A DNA stretch of 21,058 nucleotides from Campylobacterota bacterium (lineage in GTDB: Bacteria; Campylobacterota; Campylobacteria; Campylobacterales; Sulfurovaceae). Position 1 is the first letter of the stretch; every line of letters begins with the position of its first letter. This document shows, piece after piece, positions 1 through 11,958 of this stretch. The DNA is taken from contig JAYEOM010000030.1 of the NCBI GenBank assembly GCA_034722955.1, forward strand, positions 1 to 21,058. The letters run 5' to 3'. The notes below the pieces were generated by a model that was given only the letters and a program-made list of their open reading frames with translations, ran no database searches and had not been told where the DNA came from. The position numbers were made by a program, and so were the translations under genes.

Positions 1-368
1 GTAGGTTCTACTCTCGTTATATCACAAGTGATGAATACTACTATACGCTGATAAGATATATAGAACAAAGCCCTATAGAGGCTAAGTTAGTAGATGAAGT
101 AGGAGAGTACCCATATACACTAGGAGCAGTCATAGCCAATAGACAAACATCCATAGCTTGTACTCATCACTCAAAACTACTACAAGAACTAAACTATGAA
201 AACATACAAGATACAATAGGAGCCAAACTAAAAGAAGAAGAGCTAGAACTACTCCAAAAGATACAAAAACAAAAAGTTATAACTACTGATAAAGTCAATA
301 GACCTGCATATCAAAAAACACTAAAAGAGCATCTTAAACTTAATCTCGTTATAAATGAAGCCCCTTAA
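1..368 (+). mobile_element. 3' part of a REP-associated tyrosine transposase (RAYT; Y1/HUH, IS200/IS605 superfamily); runs off the window start
   Basis: Frame from nt 3 reads RFYSRYITSDEYYYTLIRYIEQSPIEAKLVDEVGEYPYTLG...KTLKEHLKLNLVINEAP*, stop at 366-368. This fits the RAYT pattern GRF.S....D..Y....RYI..NP..A..V....Y.. Not in the ORF track because it has no start codon in the window. Confidence 0.8.
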
Positions 369-378
369 TCTATTCATC

Positions 379-407
379 TTTACAATTTTTTATAATTAAT
401 GTATAAT
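379..407 (+). promoter_or_regulatory. Sigma70 promoter of the TA operon, bracketed by a 7-bp inverted repeat (possible operator)
   Basis: TTTACA (379-384), 17 bp, TATAAT (402-407). RBS AAGGAG at 420-425. TCTTTAC (377-383) and GTAAAGA (411-417) form an inverted pair. Confidence 0.65.
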
Positions 408-430
408 ATCGTAAAGACAAAGGAGTTGTC

Positions 431-679
431 ATGAAAAGAGCAGTAAATCTACGACTAGAAGAGAGTGTTATTGTTACACTTAATCAATTAACAGAAGAGC
501 TTCATACAACAAAAACAGAAGTTATAGAAAGAGCCATAAGCTTTTTTTCAAAACAAAATAATTTAAAGCATAACCAATTATTGCAGTTTGCAGGTAAACT
601 AAAAAGTAATGATGCTGACTACATGTTACAAAATATTAAAGATGACAAAAATTCTAAAGACTTTGAGTTAGACCTTTAA
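431..679 (+). CDS. Ribbon-helix-helix (CopG-like) antitoxin, VapB-type
   Basis: N-terminal MKRAVNLRLEE...TKTEVIERAI RHH pattern. 82 aa, stop overlaps the start of the PIN toxin (TAATG). Confidence 0.8.
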   Translation: MKRAVNLRLEESVIVTLNQLTEELHTTKTEVIERAISFFSKQNNLKHNQLLQFAGKLKSNDADYMLQNIKDDKNSKDFELDL

Positions 680-1092
680 TGAAAAAATATTTAATTGATA
701 GTGACATATTAATATACTTTTTAAAAGGAAAAAAGGAAGTTGTTGAAAGACTCTCCCAAATTCCAGTAGATGATTTATATATTTCAAGAATAAATTATAC
801 TGAATTGATTTATGGTGCTTACAACTCTGCTAAAATAAATCAAAATTTAAAAGTAATTGAGCCCTTTTTGGACAGTTTCAAAGTATTGGAATTCACTCAA
901 ATATCAAGTCTAATTTTTGCAAAAGAAAAAGCAAGATTGAAAAAAAATGGTAATGTTATTGCTGATATGGATTTAATGATTGCTAGTATAGCTATAGAAA
1001 ATGATTGTACTTTAATTAGTAACAATATTAAGCACTTTGATAAAAAGATCTGTAGCTTAATTGAATTAGAAAATCTACTAAAACCGTTATAA
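679..1092 (+). CDS. vapC: PIN-domain ribonuclease toxin, VapC family
   Basis: YLIDSDILI, TELIYG, ADMDLMIASIA and LISNNIKHF PIN motifs. Confidence 0.92.
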   Translation: MKKYLIDSDILIYFLKGKKEVVERLSQIPVDDLYISRINYTELIYGAYNSAKINQNLKVIEPFLDSFKVLEFTQISSLIFAKEKARLKKNGNVIADMDLMIASIAIENDCTLISNNIKHFDKKICSLIELENLLKPL

Positions 1093-1130
1093 TATAGCGA
1101 AGATAGTAAAAAACAGAAGTGATAATCCTT

Positions 1131-1153
1131 TAGGGTCAGGATACAAACAACAA
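1131..1153 (+). repeat. Family A repeat, copy 1 (TAGGGTCAGGATACAAACAACAA)
   Basis: Aligns with the palindrome arm TAGGGGTCAGGTAACAAATACAAC at 20904-20927. Confidence 0.55.
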
Positions 1154-1231
1154 ATTTTGTTTGGAAAATCAGATTTAAGTTATCTCTCAACCAATAAAAA
1201 TTAAAATGCCGAAATTTTAAAAGGCAGGTAT

Positions 1232-2050
1232 ATGTTCAACCAGATTAAACTATTTATAGATTCCAAAAAGTTTCAATACTTTATAACTACACTCATCGTA
1301 CTCAATGGTATCACTATGGGGCTAGAGACATCTCGTAATTTTATGTTGAGTTTTGGTGGTGCTATAGAGCTGTTCAACCACTTTGTGGTTACTATCTTTG
1401 TCATAGAGATTGTACTGCGCATATATATCTATAGAGTAGAGTTCTTCAAGGATCCTTGGAGTCTCTTTGACTTCTTTGTAGTAGCTATCTCTGTGATACC
1501 TGTAAGTGAAGGGTTTGAGATACTTAGAGTGCTCAGAGTCTTGCGTCTCTTTAGACTCGTCACTGTCATACCGCAAATGAGAAAAATAGTCTCAGCCCTA
1601 GCAGATGTCATACCGGGGATGCTCTCAATAGCTGCTATTTTAGTGCTATTTTTCTACACATTTTCTATTATGGCGACACAACTCTTTAGAGATGAGTTCC
1701 CTCAATGGTTTGGAACACTAGGAGAGTCATTTTATACTCTCTTTCAGATTATGACTCTGGAGTCTTGGTCTATGGGCATCGTACGCCCCATTATGGAAGT
1801 CTACCCACTAGCATGGATATTTTTTATTATCTTTATATTTATAGCCACATTCATCATGGTCAACCTCATAGTAGCCATAGTCGTAGATGCCATGGCAGTC
1901 ATAAATGACGAAGAGAAATCCAAAGAGTGTAGTCAAAATCCAAGCAATAGGCAAGAGCTAAACAGCGAGCAAGATCTAGGCAATGAGATAGAATCCCTAA
2001 GATATGAGATATCTGAACTCAAAGAGTTGATAATAAAGGGTAGAGTCTAG
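1232..2050 (+). CDS. Bacterial voltage-gated sodium channel (BacNav, NavAb-like ion transporter)
   Basis: S4 voltage sensor [10 protein letters not shown], selectivity filter [18 protein letters not shown] in S3, six hydrophobic segments, C-terminal coiled coil. Confidence 0.95.
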   Translation: MFNQIKLFIDSKKFQYFITTLIVLNGITMGLETSRNFMLSFGGAIELFNHFVVTIFVIEIVLRIYIYRVEFFKDPWSLFDFFVVAISVIPVSEGFEILRVLRVLRLFRLVTVIPQMRKIVSALADVIPGMLSIAAILVLFFYTFSIMATQLFRDEFPQWFGTLGESFYTLFQIMTLESWSMGIVRPIMEVYPLAWIFFIIFIFIATFIMVNLIVAIVVDAMAVINDEEKSKECSQNPSNRQELNSEQDLGNEIESLRYEISELKELIIKGRV

Positions 2051-2083
2051 CAGAGTATAGGGAGATCCCCCCAACTCAATCTG

Positions 2084-2183
2084 CCTGATGCATCTTGTAT
2101 ATGACTATATCGATAGGATCTATCACACCGCAGCCCTTATAAAAAATCCTGATGCATCTTGTATATGACTATATCGATAGGAT
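2084..2183. repeat. Perfect 36-bp direct repeat (2084-2119 and 2148-2183) with a 28-bp spacer
   Basis: CCTGATGCATCTTGTATATGACTATATCGATAGGAT occurs twice. The second copy lies in the 3' end of CDS 2137-3153. Confidence 0.95.
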
Positions 2184-3153
2184 AATCTGTCTTGCCCTTC
2201 TCTACTGCACGCAACTGCGGAGAGAAGCTATCATTTATCTTGTCAAATAGCTCTACTATACTCTCTTCATCTTCGTATATCTTCTCTAGTTTGTCCCTCT
2301 TCTCTTCTGTTATAAAACCAATATCACTTAGATAGTGGATGAAAGCGGTAGAGTCTGTTTTGATAGGTACTATCAGTAGAGTGTATGAGATATCATAAAA
2401 ATCTTCACTAGAGATACCCTCAGCTTCTCTATAGACTTCAAGAGCTCCATTGTGCCACTTGTGAAGCTCTTTTCTCTTTGCGTCTACAAAGGCTTCGTCT
2501 ATGATATCATCTGAGTAGTTTTGCGGGTCATTTTCAGCTATCTTTATAAACTCTTCAAAGCTGATACCGCCATTTTTGTTTTTCCACTGCATCTCTTTTT
2601 TGTAAGCACTCTCAAAAGATTCTCGAAAATTATCTATATCTATCTCTTGACACTCTTTGTCACCTACTAGCTCTTTGATCTTGGCAAAGAGTTGAGATGG
2701 TGTATCATCTACTAGAAAATATTTTTCTGTATTAGGTGGTATATCCATCTCACTTCCCATAGGAGCATTGGTTACTGTATACTCATAGTCATCTTTGGTA
2801 TTGGCCATGATATCTATCCAGTTACCTGCTATAGGGTGACTATACATCACAGCAGTAAAGGGTGCTTTGTGGTATGATTTCAGTTCAAAACCATCCATCT
2901 CGACTACGATATAGGATTTACCCTCTATAAAGCCTAGATTTTTTAGTTCATCAGCTATAGCTACAGCTTTGGGAGTCTCCACCCAATCAGGCAGACACTC
3001 TTCATTGAGATGTATGATCAACGGAGTCAAATCCTTCTCCAGATCCATATCTGCATATTTGCCCATCTTGATACGAATATAGAGATAAAAGCCCAAAATC
3101 AATAACACTGCACCCAATAGTAAAGCACCTAATATCTGTAAAAGTATAGTCAT
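2137..3153 (-). CDS. Hypothetical protein with an N-terminal membrane anchor and an acidic soluble domain
   Basis: 338-aa ORF, hydrophobic residues 3-26, AGGAG RBS upstream. No family recognised. Confidence 0.8.
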   Translation of the reverse strand: MTILLQILGALLLGAVLLILGFYLYIRIKMGKYADMDLEKDLTPLIIHLNEECLPDWVETPKAVAIADELKNLGFIEGKSYIVVEMDGFELKSYHKAPFTAVMYSHPIAGNWIDIMANTKDDYEYTVTNAPMGSEMDIPPNTEKYFLVDDTPSQLFAKIKELVGDKECQEIDIDNFRESFESAYKKEMQWKNKNGGISFEEFIKIAENDPQNYSDDIIDEAFVDAKRKELHKWHNGALEVYREAEGISSEDFYDISYTLLIVPIKTDSTAFIHYLSDIGFITEEKRDKLEKIYEDEESIVELFDKINDSFSPQLRAVEKGKTDYPIDIVIYKMHQDFL

Positions 3154-3186
3154 GACTATCTCCTGGAAAATTATATTTAAACTATT

Positions 3187-4533
3187 TTATTGAATATCCT
3201 TAAGTGTATCACTAACCATAAAGGATAGTTCGAGTGCCTGGTTGGCATTTAGTCTTGGGTCACACTGGGTATGGTAGCGATCTCCAAGATCATCAGCGGT
3301 GATAGCACTAGATTGACTTCCGGTACACTCAGTTACATCTTCTCCAGTCATCTCAAGGTGAATACCACCTGCAACTGTTCCTTCACTCTCATGAATTTTG
3401 AAAAACTGCTTGACCTCTCTGAGGATATTATCAAAGTCCCTAGTTTTGTATCCTGTTGAACTCTTTTCAACATTGCCATGCATAGGGTCACAACTCCAAA
3501 CTATATTTTTACCTTCTGATTTCACTCTTCTGAGGAGTTTGGGGAAGTGATCTTCAACTCTATCTGCACCCATACGCACGATGAGGTTGAGTCTCCCCTC
3601 TTCATTGTCAGGATTCAATGCATCTATAAGCTTGATCAACTCATCCTCTTGCATACTAGGTCCGACTTTGCAGCCGATAGGGTTTTTGATCCCACGGAAA
3701 TATTCGATATGTGCCTCATCGAGATCTCTTGTACGATCACCTATCCACAACATATGTGCAGAGCAGTCATACCAATCATCTGTAATACTATCTTTGCGTG
3801 TCAATGCCTCTTCATAGTTGAGCAGTAGTGCTTCATGAGAAGTATAGATCGTAGTTTGATGCAGCTGAGGTGTATTTTTGCTATCTATACCACATGCCTC
3901 CATAAACTTCATAGCTCTATCGATCTTGTCACTCAACTCTTCATACTTTTCACCTAGAGGAAAACCCTTGATAAAGTCAAGATTCCATCTATGCACCTCA
4001 TTGAGATCAGCTAAGCCACCTCTGGAAAATGCTCTGAGTAGATTCATAGTCGCTGCTGACTGGTTGTATGCTTTGATCAATCTCTTGGGATCAGGAATAC
4101 GAGCAGCTGAAGAGAACTCAACATCATTGACTATATCTCCTCGATAACTAGGCAGCTCTACGCCATCTACACTCTCAAAATCACTACTTCTAGGCTTGGC
4201 AAACTGTCCTGCAACTCGTCCTACTTTGACAACTTTTTTGCCTGATGAGTACATCAAGATCATATTCATCTGCAGCATAAGCTTAAAGAGATTTTTGATA
4301 TTGCTGGCAGAAAATGCAGAAAAACTCTCTGCACAGTCTCCTCCCTGAAGTAAAAAAGCTTCCCCGCGACCTACTCTAGTAAGATCATCTTTGAGGTTCC
4401 TCGCTTCTCCAGCAAAGATCAATGGAGGATAACTACCGAGTTCCGCTTCTACTCTCTTCAATAACTCTCGATCCTGATAGACAGGCTGCTGCTTGATAGG
4501 AAAATCTCTCCAGCTACTTGGACTCCAACTCAT
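3187..4533 (-). CDS. 3-deoxy-7-phosphoheptulonate (DAHP) synthase, class II
   Basis: [44 protein letters not shown] and CDPRLN motifs. Confidence 0.97.
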   Translation of the reverse strand: MSWSPSSWRDFPIKQQPVYQDRELLKRVEAELGSYPPLIFAGEARNLKDDLTRVGRGEAFLLQGGDCAESFSAFSASNIKNLFKLMLQMNMILMYSSGKKVVKVGRVAGQFAKPRSSDFESVDGVELPSYRGDIVNDVEFSSAARIPDPKRLIKAYNQSAATMNLLRAFSRGGLADLNEVHRWNLDFIKGFPLGEKYEELSDKIDRAMKFMEACGIDSKNTPQLHQTTIYTSHEALLLNYEEALTRKDSITDDWYDCSAHMLWIGDRTRDLDEAHIEYFRGIKNPIGCKVGPSMQEDELIKLIDALNPDNEEGRLNLIVRMGADRVEDHFPKLLRRVKSEGKNIVWSCDPMHGNVEKSSTGYKTRDFDNILREVKQFFKIHESEGTVAGGIHLEMTGEDVTECTGSQSSAITADDLGDRYHTQCDPRLNANQALELSFMVSDTLKDIQ

Positions 4534-4635
4534 ATCTATATCCTTCTCGATGGGATCATCCCAAAAATAAATTTGATGATTATACCCTACAATGGAAAAA
4601 TATCAGATAAATCAAAAGTCAAATCACTATCTATC

Positions 4636-5346
4636 CTACTTTTTTGCAATAAAAGTAACAAAATTTGCCCACTGAAAGATAGTTTCGATAGAGCTAAATC
4701 CTGCATCTCTACAGATCTGCATATTCTCTTTGATCGTAAATGGTATGAGGACATTCTCTAGTGCCTCTCGCTTTTGTGCGATTTCAAAATCACTATACCC
4801 CTGCTGCTTTTTATAGGCATAGTAGATATCTATCATATCTTTATCTATCTTTTTGTCATCAAATACAACCTTCTCAGAAAATATAAAAGTCCCTCCTTCA
4901 TTGAGTCCATTGTATATCTTTTTGACCAGCTCTATCCTCTGCATCGGACGGATAAACTGTAGAGTATAGTTCGCCACTATCACATCTTGGTTCTTATAGC
5001 CATATGTAAGCATATCTGCAAACTCCAACTCTATATCAGCACCAAAAGCTTGACACTTCTGCTCTGCACGATCTAACATAGCTTGAGAGTTGTCTATGCC
5101 TTTGAGATGCATACCTACATCCATTCTGCTATACAGATCGAGTAAAAATTTGGCTGTAGATGCTCCAAGATCCAAGATATATTTTCCCTCTTTTTGCTCT
5201 GTCAGTATGAGTGATATCATCAGCTTTCGCACCTCATCATAGAATGGAACAGAGCGACTGAGCATATCATCAAACACAGAAGCTACAGCCTCATCAAACT
5301 CAAATTTCTTCTCTATTTTAGTGGCAAAAACCTGATCTTTTATCAA
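4636..5346 (-). CDS. cmoA: Carboxy-S-adenosyl-L-methionine synthase CmoA
   Basis: [44 protein letters not shown]. Confidence 0.95.
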   Translation of the reverse strand: MIKDQVFATKIEKKFEFDEAVASVFDDMLSRSVPFYDEVRKLMISLILTEQKEGKYILDLGASTAKFLLDLYSRMDVGMHLKGIDNSQAMLDRAEQKCQAFGADIELEFADMLTYGYKNQDVIVANYTLQFIRPMQRIELVKKIYNGLNEGGTFIFSEKVVFDDKKIDKDMIDIYYAYKKQQGYSDFEIAQKREALENVLIPFTIKENMQICRDAGFSSIETIFQWANFVTFIAKK

Positions 5347-6167
5347 TCTATCATCCTAAAATCTTTTATCAAACTCTCTGCTATCTCTATATCTTTATCG
5401 ATCGCTTGTCTCAGAGCATCCAAGCCATCGAACTTTTTGTTTTCTCGGACAAACTCTATAAATCTCATCGAAACGACACCATCTACTATACCAATATCAC
5501 CACTTAGGATATGTGTCTCTATCGCATAAGAGCCATCTATAGTTTCACGATGTCCCAAAAATGAAACAGAGGGTAGCCACTCTCCATCTATCTTCGTCTC
5601 TGTTGCATAGACACCCTCCATAGGAAGCTGATAGTGCCTGACTGACAGGTTGAGTGTAGGAACCAACTCTCTCCTGCCCAACCCTTGACCGGGGATAATT
5701 TCTCCATCAATACTATATGCTCTCTTGAGAAATTGAGTAACCATAGCCATGTTACCCTCTCCAAGATAGCGTTTGATCGTTCGTGAATGGACAGGGATGT
5801 TACCCTCGCTAACCTCATTGACGATGACCACTTCACCATCAAAAAGCTCTCTCAAATGCTCTGCATCTCCGCTTTTGCCTCTCCCAAAGTGAAAGTCATA
5901 CCCAACTACAACTCTCTCAAGCATAGGATAATCCTCTTTTAGCTGTGTCATAAACTCTCTAGGAGTTAGAGATTTTACCTTATCAAAGAGATAAAAAGCA
6001 CAAGGTTTATCTGTGTAGTTAGCACGCTTATATCCTGGTGTCAGATAGCCAGAGTGCCGCTCTATCACCACAAGCAGATCTGCCTGATCTATCAGCCTCC
6101 TATGTGCTATATGTATCCCATCAAAAGAGCCGATAGTTATCGACTTGATCTTATTTGTCAACTTCAA
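5343..6167 (-). CDS. ribF: Bifunctional riboflavin kinase / FAD synthetase
   Basis: [37 protein letters not shown]. Confidence 0.93.
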   Translation of the reverse strand: MKLTNKIKSITIGSFDGIHIAHRRLIDQADLLVVIERHSGYLTPGYKRANYTDKPCAFYLFDKVKSLTPREFMTQLKEDYPMLERVVVGYDFHFGRGKSGDAEHLRELFDGEVVIVNEVSEGNIPVHSRTIKRYLGEGNMAMVTQFLKRAYSIDGEIIPGQGLGRRELVPTLNLSVRHYQLPMEGVYATETKIDGEWLPSVSFLGHRETIDGSYAIETHILSGDIGIVDGVVSMRFIEFVRENKKFDGLDALRQAIDKDIEIAESLIKDFRMID

Positions 6168-6892
6168 TCTTCACCACCCGCCTCTTTTTTGAAATGATAG
6201 AGATACTCTAGGTTTCCCTCCCTGCCTGCTACTTGTGATGGAGCTCGGTATAGCACTCTCCAACCTAGAGATCCTATCTCTGCTTCAAAATCTCTCTTTT
6301 TGCTCTCTATAGCATCTAAATCCTGCACTACACCACGACTATCTCGCCTCACCTCTCTGCCTACTTCAAATTGAGGTTTATAGAGTATCACGATATCGCT
6401 CCCCTCTCCACTCAGCCTATCGATATCTTCGATAATTTGCAAAATGGATATAAAAGAGACATCGCAAGAGATCACTTCAAAAGAGCCCTCACAGCTAAAC
6501 TCTCTGATATCTCTATTTTCATACAATGAGAGGCGTTTATCACTCTTGAGTGAGTGGTGCAGCTGATCACTGCCCACATCGACACAAGCCAAAGAGTCTA
6601 CACCATTTTCCAGTAAAATCTGTGCAAACCCTCCTGTGCTAGAGCCGATATCCAATGCTCGTTTACCGCGTAGCTCGATAGGGTTGTCAGCCAAAAAATT
6701 CTCCAACTTTCTAGCAGCCCTAGAGACATAAAACTTCTCATCTGCTACCTCTACTATATTGTCACTGCCTATCTTGACCGAGGGTTTGACTACCTTGCCA
6801 TCTACCTTTACTCTCCCGGCCTTGATCGCATCCAACGCACGGTTGCGACTCTCAAAGTACGCCTCCTCTACGAGGTATTTGTCTAGTCTCAT
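6164..6892 (-). CDS. tlyA: TlyA family rRNA 2'-O-methyltransferase (S4 + FtsJ domains)
   Basis: MRLDKYLV S4 domain, YVSRAARKL, LDIGSSTGGF, DVSFISI, KPQFEVG, GNLEY. Confidence 0.95.
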   Translation of the reverse strand: MRLDKYLVEEAYFESRNRALDAIKAGRVKVDGKVVKPSVKIGSDNIVEVADEKFYVSRAARKLENFLADNPIELRGKRALDIGSSTGGFAQILLENGVDSLACVDVGSDQLHHSLKSDKRLSLYENRDIREFSCEGSFEVISCDVSFISILQIIEDIDRLSGEGSDIVILYKPQFEVGREVRRDSRGVVQDLDAIESKKRDFEAEIGSLGWRVLYRAPSQVAGREGNLEYLYHFKKEAGGED

Positions 6893-6903
6893 CTATTTCG
6901 CCT

Positions 6904-7073
6904 TTAATCCCGAATTATGCAATAGAATTGCTAAAATAGAGTTTATGTTTGTGCCTAGGGTGTTTGTAAAAATCTAGGGTTAACCAAAAGGTTAATCGAT
7001 GATTTTCTCGCAAATACCCTAGGTGCAATGATAAGTGCTAGTTTAGTAATCTCTATTGCATATTTCGGGTTAA
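6904..7073. repeat. Family B element: two ~80-bp TTAA-bounded copies in inverted orientation (6904-6983 and 6992-7073), forming a ~170-nt imperfect hairpin (MITE/REP-like)
   Basis: Ends TTAATCCCGAATTATGCAATAGA ... TCTATTGCATATTTCGGGTTAA. The arms pair over ~70 nt around a central GGTTAACC-AAAA-GGTTAATC. Confidence 0.85.
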
Positions 7074-7317
7074 TAATATATCATATAGTTTTGCAGGTGC
7101 TATGTATGCCTTCGTTCTGCCATCTTTATAGTTTGAAAATACCTTATATTCTACTAGTTTATTGAGGTATGAACGAGCAGTATTTACAGCTAAGTCATAA
7201 TCTAGAGATATCTCTGCAGCTGTAAATACACGCCCAGGATACTTAAGTGCTTTCTTGATAATATCTTTTTGAATAAAGTTTAACCTATTGCTCAAAAAAT
7301 CCAATTTGACTTTTGGA

Positions 7318-7320
<3 letters not shown>
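7053..7320 (-). pseudogene. Orphan C-terminal fragment (winged-HTH-like), probably of a Fic-family protein; stop codon supplied by the family B repeat
   Basis: LNFIQKDIIKKALKYPGRVFTAAEISLDYDLAVNTARSYLNKLVEY reads as an HTH. No Fic catalytic motif and no convincing start or RBS. The last residues TRNMQ* come from the repeat. The Fic assignment is by recalled resemblance only. Confidence 0.5.
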
Positions 7321-9821
<2,501 letters not shown>

Positions 9822-9912
9822 CTATGATTTTATCTAAAAATTAGTTAAGGGTATAGGATTTTTATTGTATACTATTTATTATGTCTCCTTTCGTTGGGCT
9901 TTAAGTAGTCCT

Positions 9913-9947
9913 TTAACCCGACTATGGAATGATAAATGCTAGTTTAG
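9913..9947 (+). repeat. Collapsed remnant of the family B element
   Basis: TTAACCCGACTATGGAAT resembles the element end TTAACCCGAAATATGCAAT. It is fused directly to GATAAATGCTAGTTTAG, which resembles the internal GATAAGTGCTAGTTTAG at 7030-7046. Confidence 0.6.
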
Positions 9948-10186
9948 GCTACCCCAAGGAGAGTGATAAATATATTTTAGAAGTCAGTGATAACGGCGGA
10001 GGCATACAAGAGGAGATCATAGAAAATATCTTTGATCCATATTTTTCAACAAAGAGTAAAAAAAATGGGACTGGACTTGGGCTCTATATGAGTAAAATCA
10101 TTACAGAAGAGCATTGTGATGGAGAGCTACAAGTTGAAAATATTACTGATGGTGTACTATTCAAGGTAATACTGCCGATGACTTGA
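9929..10186 (+). pseudogene. C-terminal fragment of a sensor histidine kinase (partial HATPase_c domain)
   Basis: G1 box VSDNGGGI, F box IFDPYFSTK and G2 box GTGLGLY are present. The N box, phospho-His (DHp) and sensor domains are absent. The ATG lies inside the repeat remnant. Confidence 0.85.
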
Positions 10187-10193
10187 TAAATAA

Positions 10194-11333
10194 TTACCTC
10201 ATTGCTCTCCAGACTCTCAAAGCCTGCTGGTGCTCTGACACATCATGACACCTCACAATAGAAGCACCACTCTCTACTGCCTTGAGATGAATCGCCAGTG
10301 TGCCAGGGAGGCGTTCTTCTGTGGGGGTGGGGGTGATCTTGTCTATCATCGACTTTCTGCTTGCACCTATGAGAATCTCACAGCCAAATTTTTTGAAGTG
10401 TTGTAGATTTTTGATAAGTGTTAGATTGTGCTCCAAGCTCTTGCCAAAACCTATACCAACATCCAAAACAATATCTTCAAGAGCAACTCCTAGAGCTTCA
10501 CATCTAGAGATACGCTCTTCAAAAAAATCACTCACCTCAACCATCACATCCCCATAGTGAGGATTTTGCTGCATTGTCTCTGGAGTACCACTCATATGCA
10601 TGATGCAGAGTTTGGACCGATATTTGACAGCCAACTTTATCACCCTCTCATCCGAAGCCCCACTGATATCATTGATCAGTCCAAAACCACTCTGGAGTGC
10701 ATAATTGATCACTTCAGGTCTATAACTGTCTATACTGAATAGTGCCTTATCGTAGAGTCTTTCTGATTTGATGATATCACAGATAGGTTTGATACGCTCC
10801 AGCTCTACCTCACAACTCACCTCTTTGGCTCCGGGACGACTGGACAGAGCTCCTATATCGATAAGGGAAGCACCATCCTCTATCATCTTTTTGATCTTTG
10901 CTATCGCATCCTCTGCCATAAATCTACTGCCAGCAAAAAAACTATCACTGTTGGCGTTGATGACACCCATGATCTTCATAGGATGATCTTTGGTATGGAG
11001 AAATTGTTTCAGCTCCCCTGCCACTGCCTTGAGTCCAAAAGGTTGAGCCAACTCTTTGCGAGAGAGAATTTTGATATGCTTTTTCGTACCGATCAATATA
11101 CAATCATAGTGACTCTCTTCACAAGTGATCACACCACTAGGTACTGCCAGATCAGCACCTATACTCAGAGCATCTTGTTTGAGGATATTGGCAGCAGGGG
11201 CACGAAGATCTTTGATATAAAAACAGAAGAGTTCCATCTTGCCAGACATGATAGCAACACCGCCACTCTCAACACCTAGCTCTTTGAGCAACACCTCCCT
11301 ATCTGCCATCTCTCCGAGTCGATAGATCTCCAT
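10194..11333 (-). CDS. folP: Dihydropteroate synthase with the Campylobacterota-type N-terminal extension
   Basis: IMGVINANSDSF, IDIGALSSRPG, DVGIGFGK, GASRKS, IVRCHDV. Confidence 0.96.
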   Translation of the reverse strand: MEIYRLGEMADREVLLKELGVESGGVAIMSGKMELFCFYIKDLRAPAANILKQDALSIGADLAVPSGVITCEESHYDCILIGTKKHIKILSRKELAQPFGLKAVAGELKQFLHTKDHPMKIMGVINANSDSFFAGSRFMAEDAIAKIKKMIEDGASLIDIGALSSRPGAKEVSCEVELERIKPICDIIKSERLYDKALFSIDSYRPEVINYALQSGFGLINDISGASDERVIKLAVKYRSKLCIMHMSGTPETMQQNPHYGDVMVEVSDFFEERISRCEALGVALEDIVLDVGIGFGKSLEHNLTLIKNLQHFKKFGCEILIGASRKSMIDKITPTPTEERLPGTLAIHLKAVESGASIVRCHDVSEHQQALRVWRAMR

Positions 11334-11343
11334 AGGGTACTCC

Positions 11344-11958
11344 TTATCGTTTTTTTCGTGCCAAGAGTTTCAGCAACAGAGTAGTCAATACAAACTGTGG
11401 AGGCGACCCAACATCCAACGCCTTGAATGCATTTTGAAAAAGTTGCAGTGTATTCTCATCCAGATCAAATCTCTGCGATCTCATAGCCTCTGTAGATATC
11501 TTCTCGACAAGAGGTTTTGCCTTGATCCTATCTATGCGTTTTTGCTCTTGGATAAATACATAAACCGATGCAAGATCTAGCTGTCTCATATCTAGTCCAA
11601 ACTCTTCACTCTCCTGCTTCTCTCGCAGTACAGTGATCGGCAGTCTCGACCGTATAGTTGGCAGTATTGTAGCTTTTGATGGGGTCAAGAGTATGAAAGA
11701 TACTCTAGGCGGTGGCTCCTCGATCACTTTGAGAAGTCTGTTTTGGATCAGAGGGGGGAACTCTTTTGCACCTAAGATTATGACTGTCTCTACTTCACTT
11801 GCCATATAGGCTTTTTCGATAGCTAGCTTGGCATCCTCTACGAGAAACATCTCCTCTTTGATGATCTTAACTATATATTCGTCATGGCGTAGTGCATCAA
11901 GCCTCCCTATCGTCTCCTCTATGCGGGAAGTGATAATGACTTGACTAGTTAATCTCAT
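11344..11958 (-). CDS. holB: DNA polymerase III subunit delta' (short Campylobacterota form)
   Basis: QNRLLKVIEEPP and ILPTIRSRL motifs; lies between hobA and folP. Confidence 0.88.
   Translation of the reverse strand: MRLTSQVIITSRIEETIGRLDALRHDEYIVKIIKEEMFLVEDAKLAIEKAYMASEVETVIILGAKEFPPLIQNRLLKVIEEPPPRVSFILLTPSKATILPTIRSRLPITVLREKQESEEFGLDMRQLDLASVYVFIQEQKRIDRIKAKPLVEKISTEAMRSQRFDLDENTLQLFQNAFKALDVGSPPQFVLTTLLLKLLARKKR

Noticed and set aside
2084..2183. 36-bp repeat with 28-bp spacer as a minimal CRISPR array or a DGR template/variable repeat pair
   Set aside because: Only two copies, one of them protein-coding. No cas or reverse transcriptase genes in the window, and no adenine-specific differences.
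4551..4563. TGGGAT-C-ATCCCA inverted repeat upstream of the DAHP synthase gene
   Set aside because: A single 6-bp pair is expected by chance, and no regulator can be assigned.
6973..6983. TTAACCCTAGA on the - strand resembles the piggyBac terminus
   Set aside because: An 11-bp match in one copy only, not conserved in the other copies; most likely chance.
6904..7073. Integron attC site
   Set aside because: No proper RYYYAAC...GTTRRRY boxes at the ends, no integrase in the window, and a single arm occurs alone at 15345.
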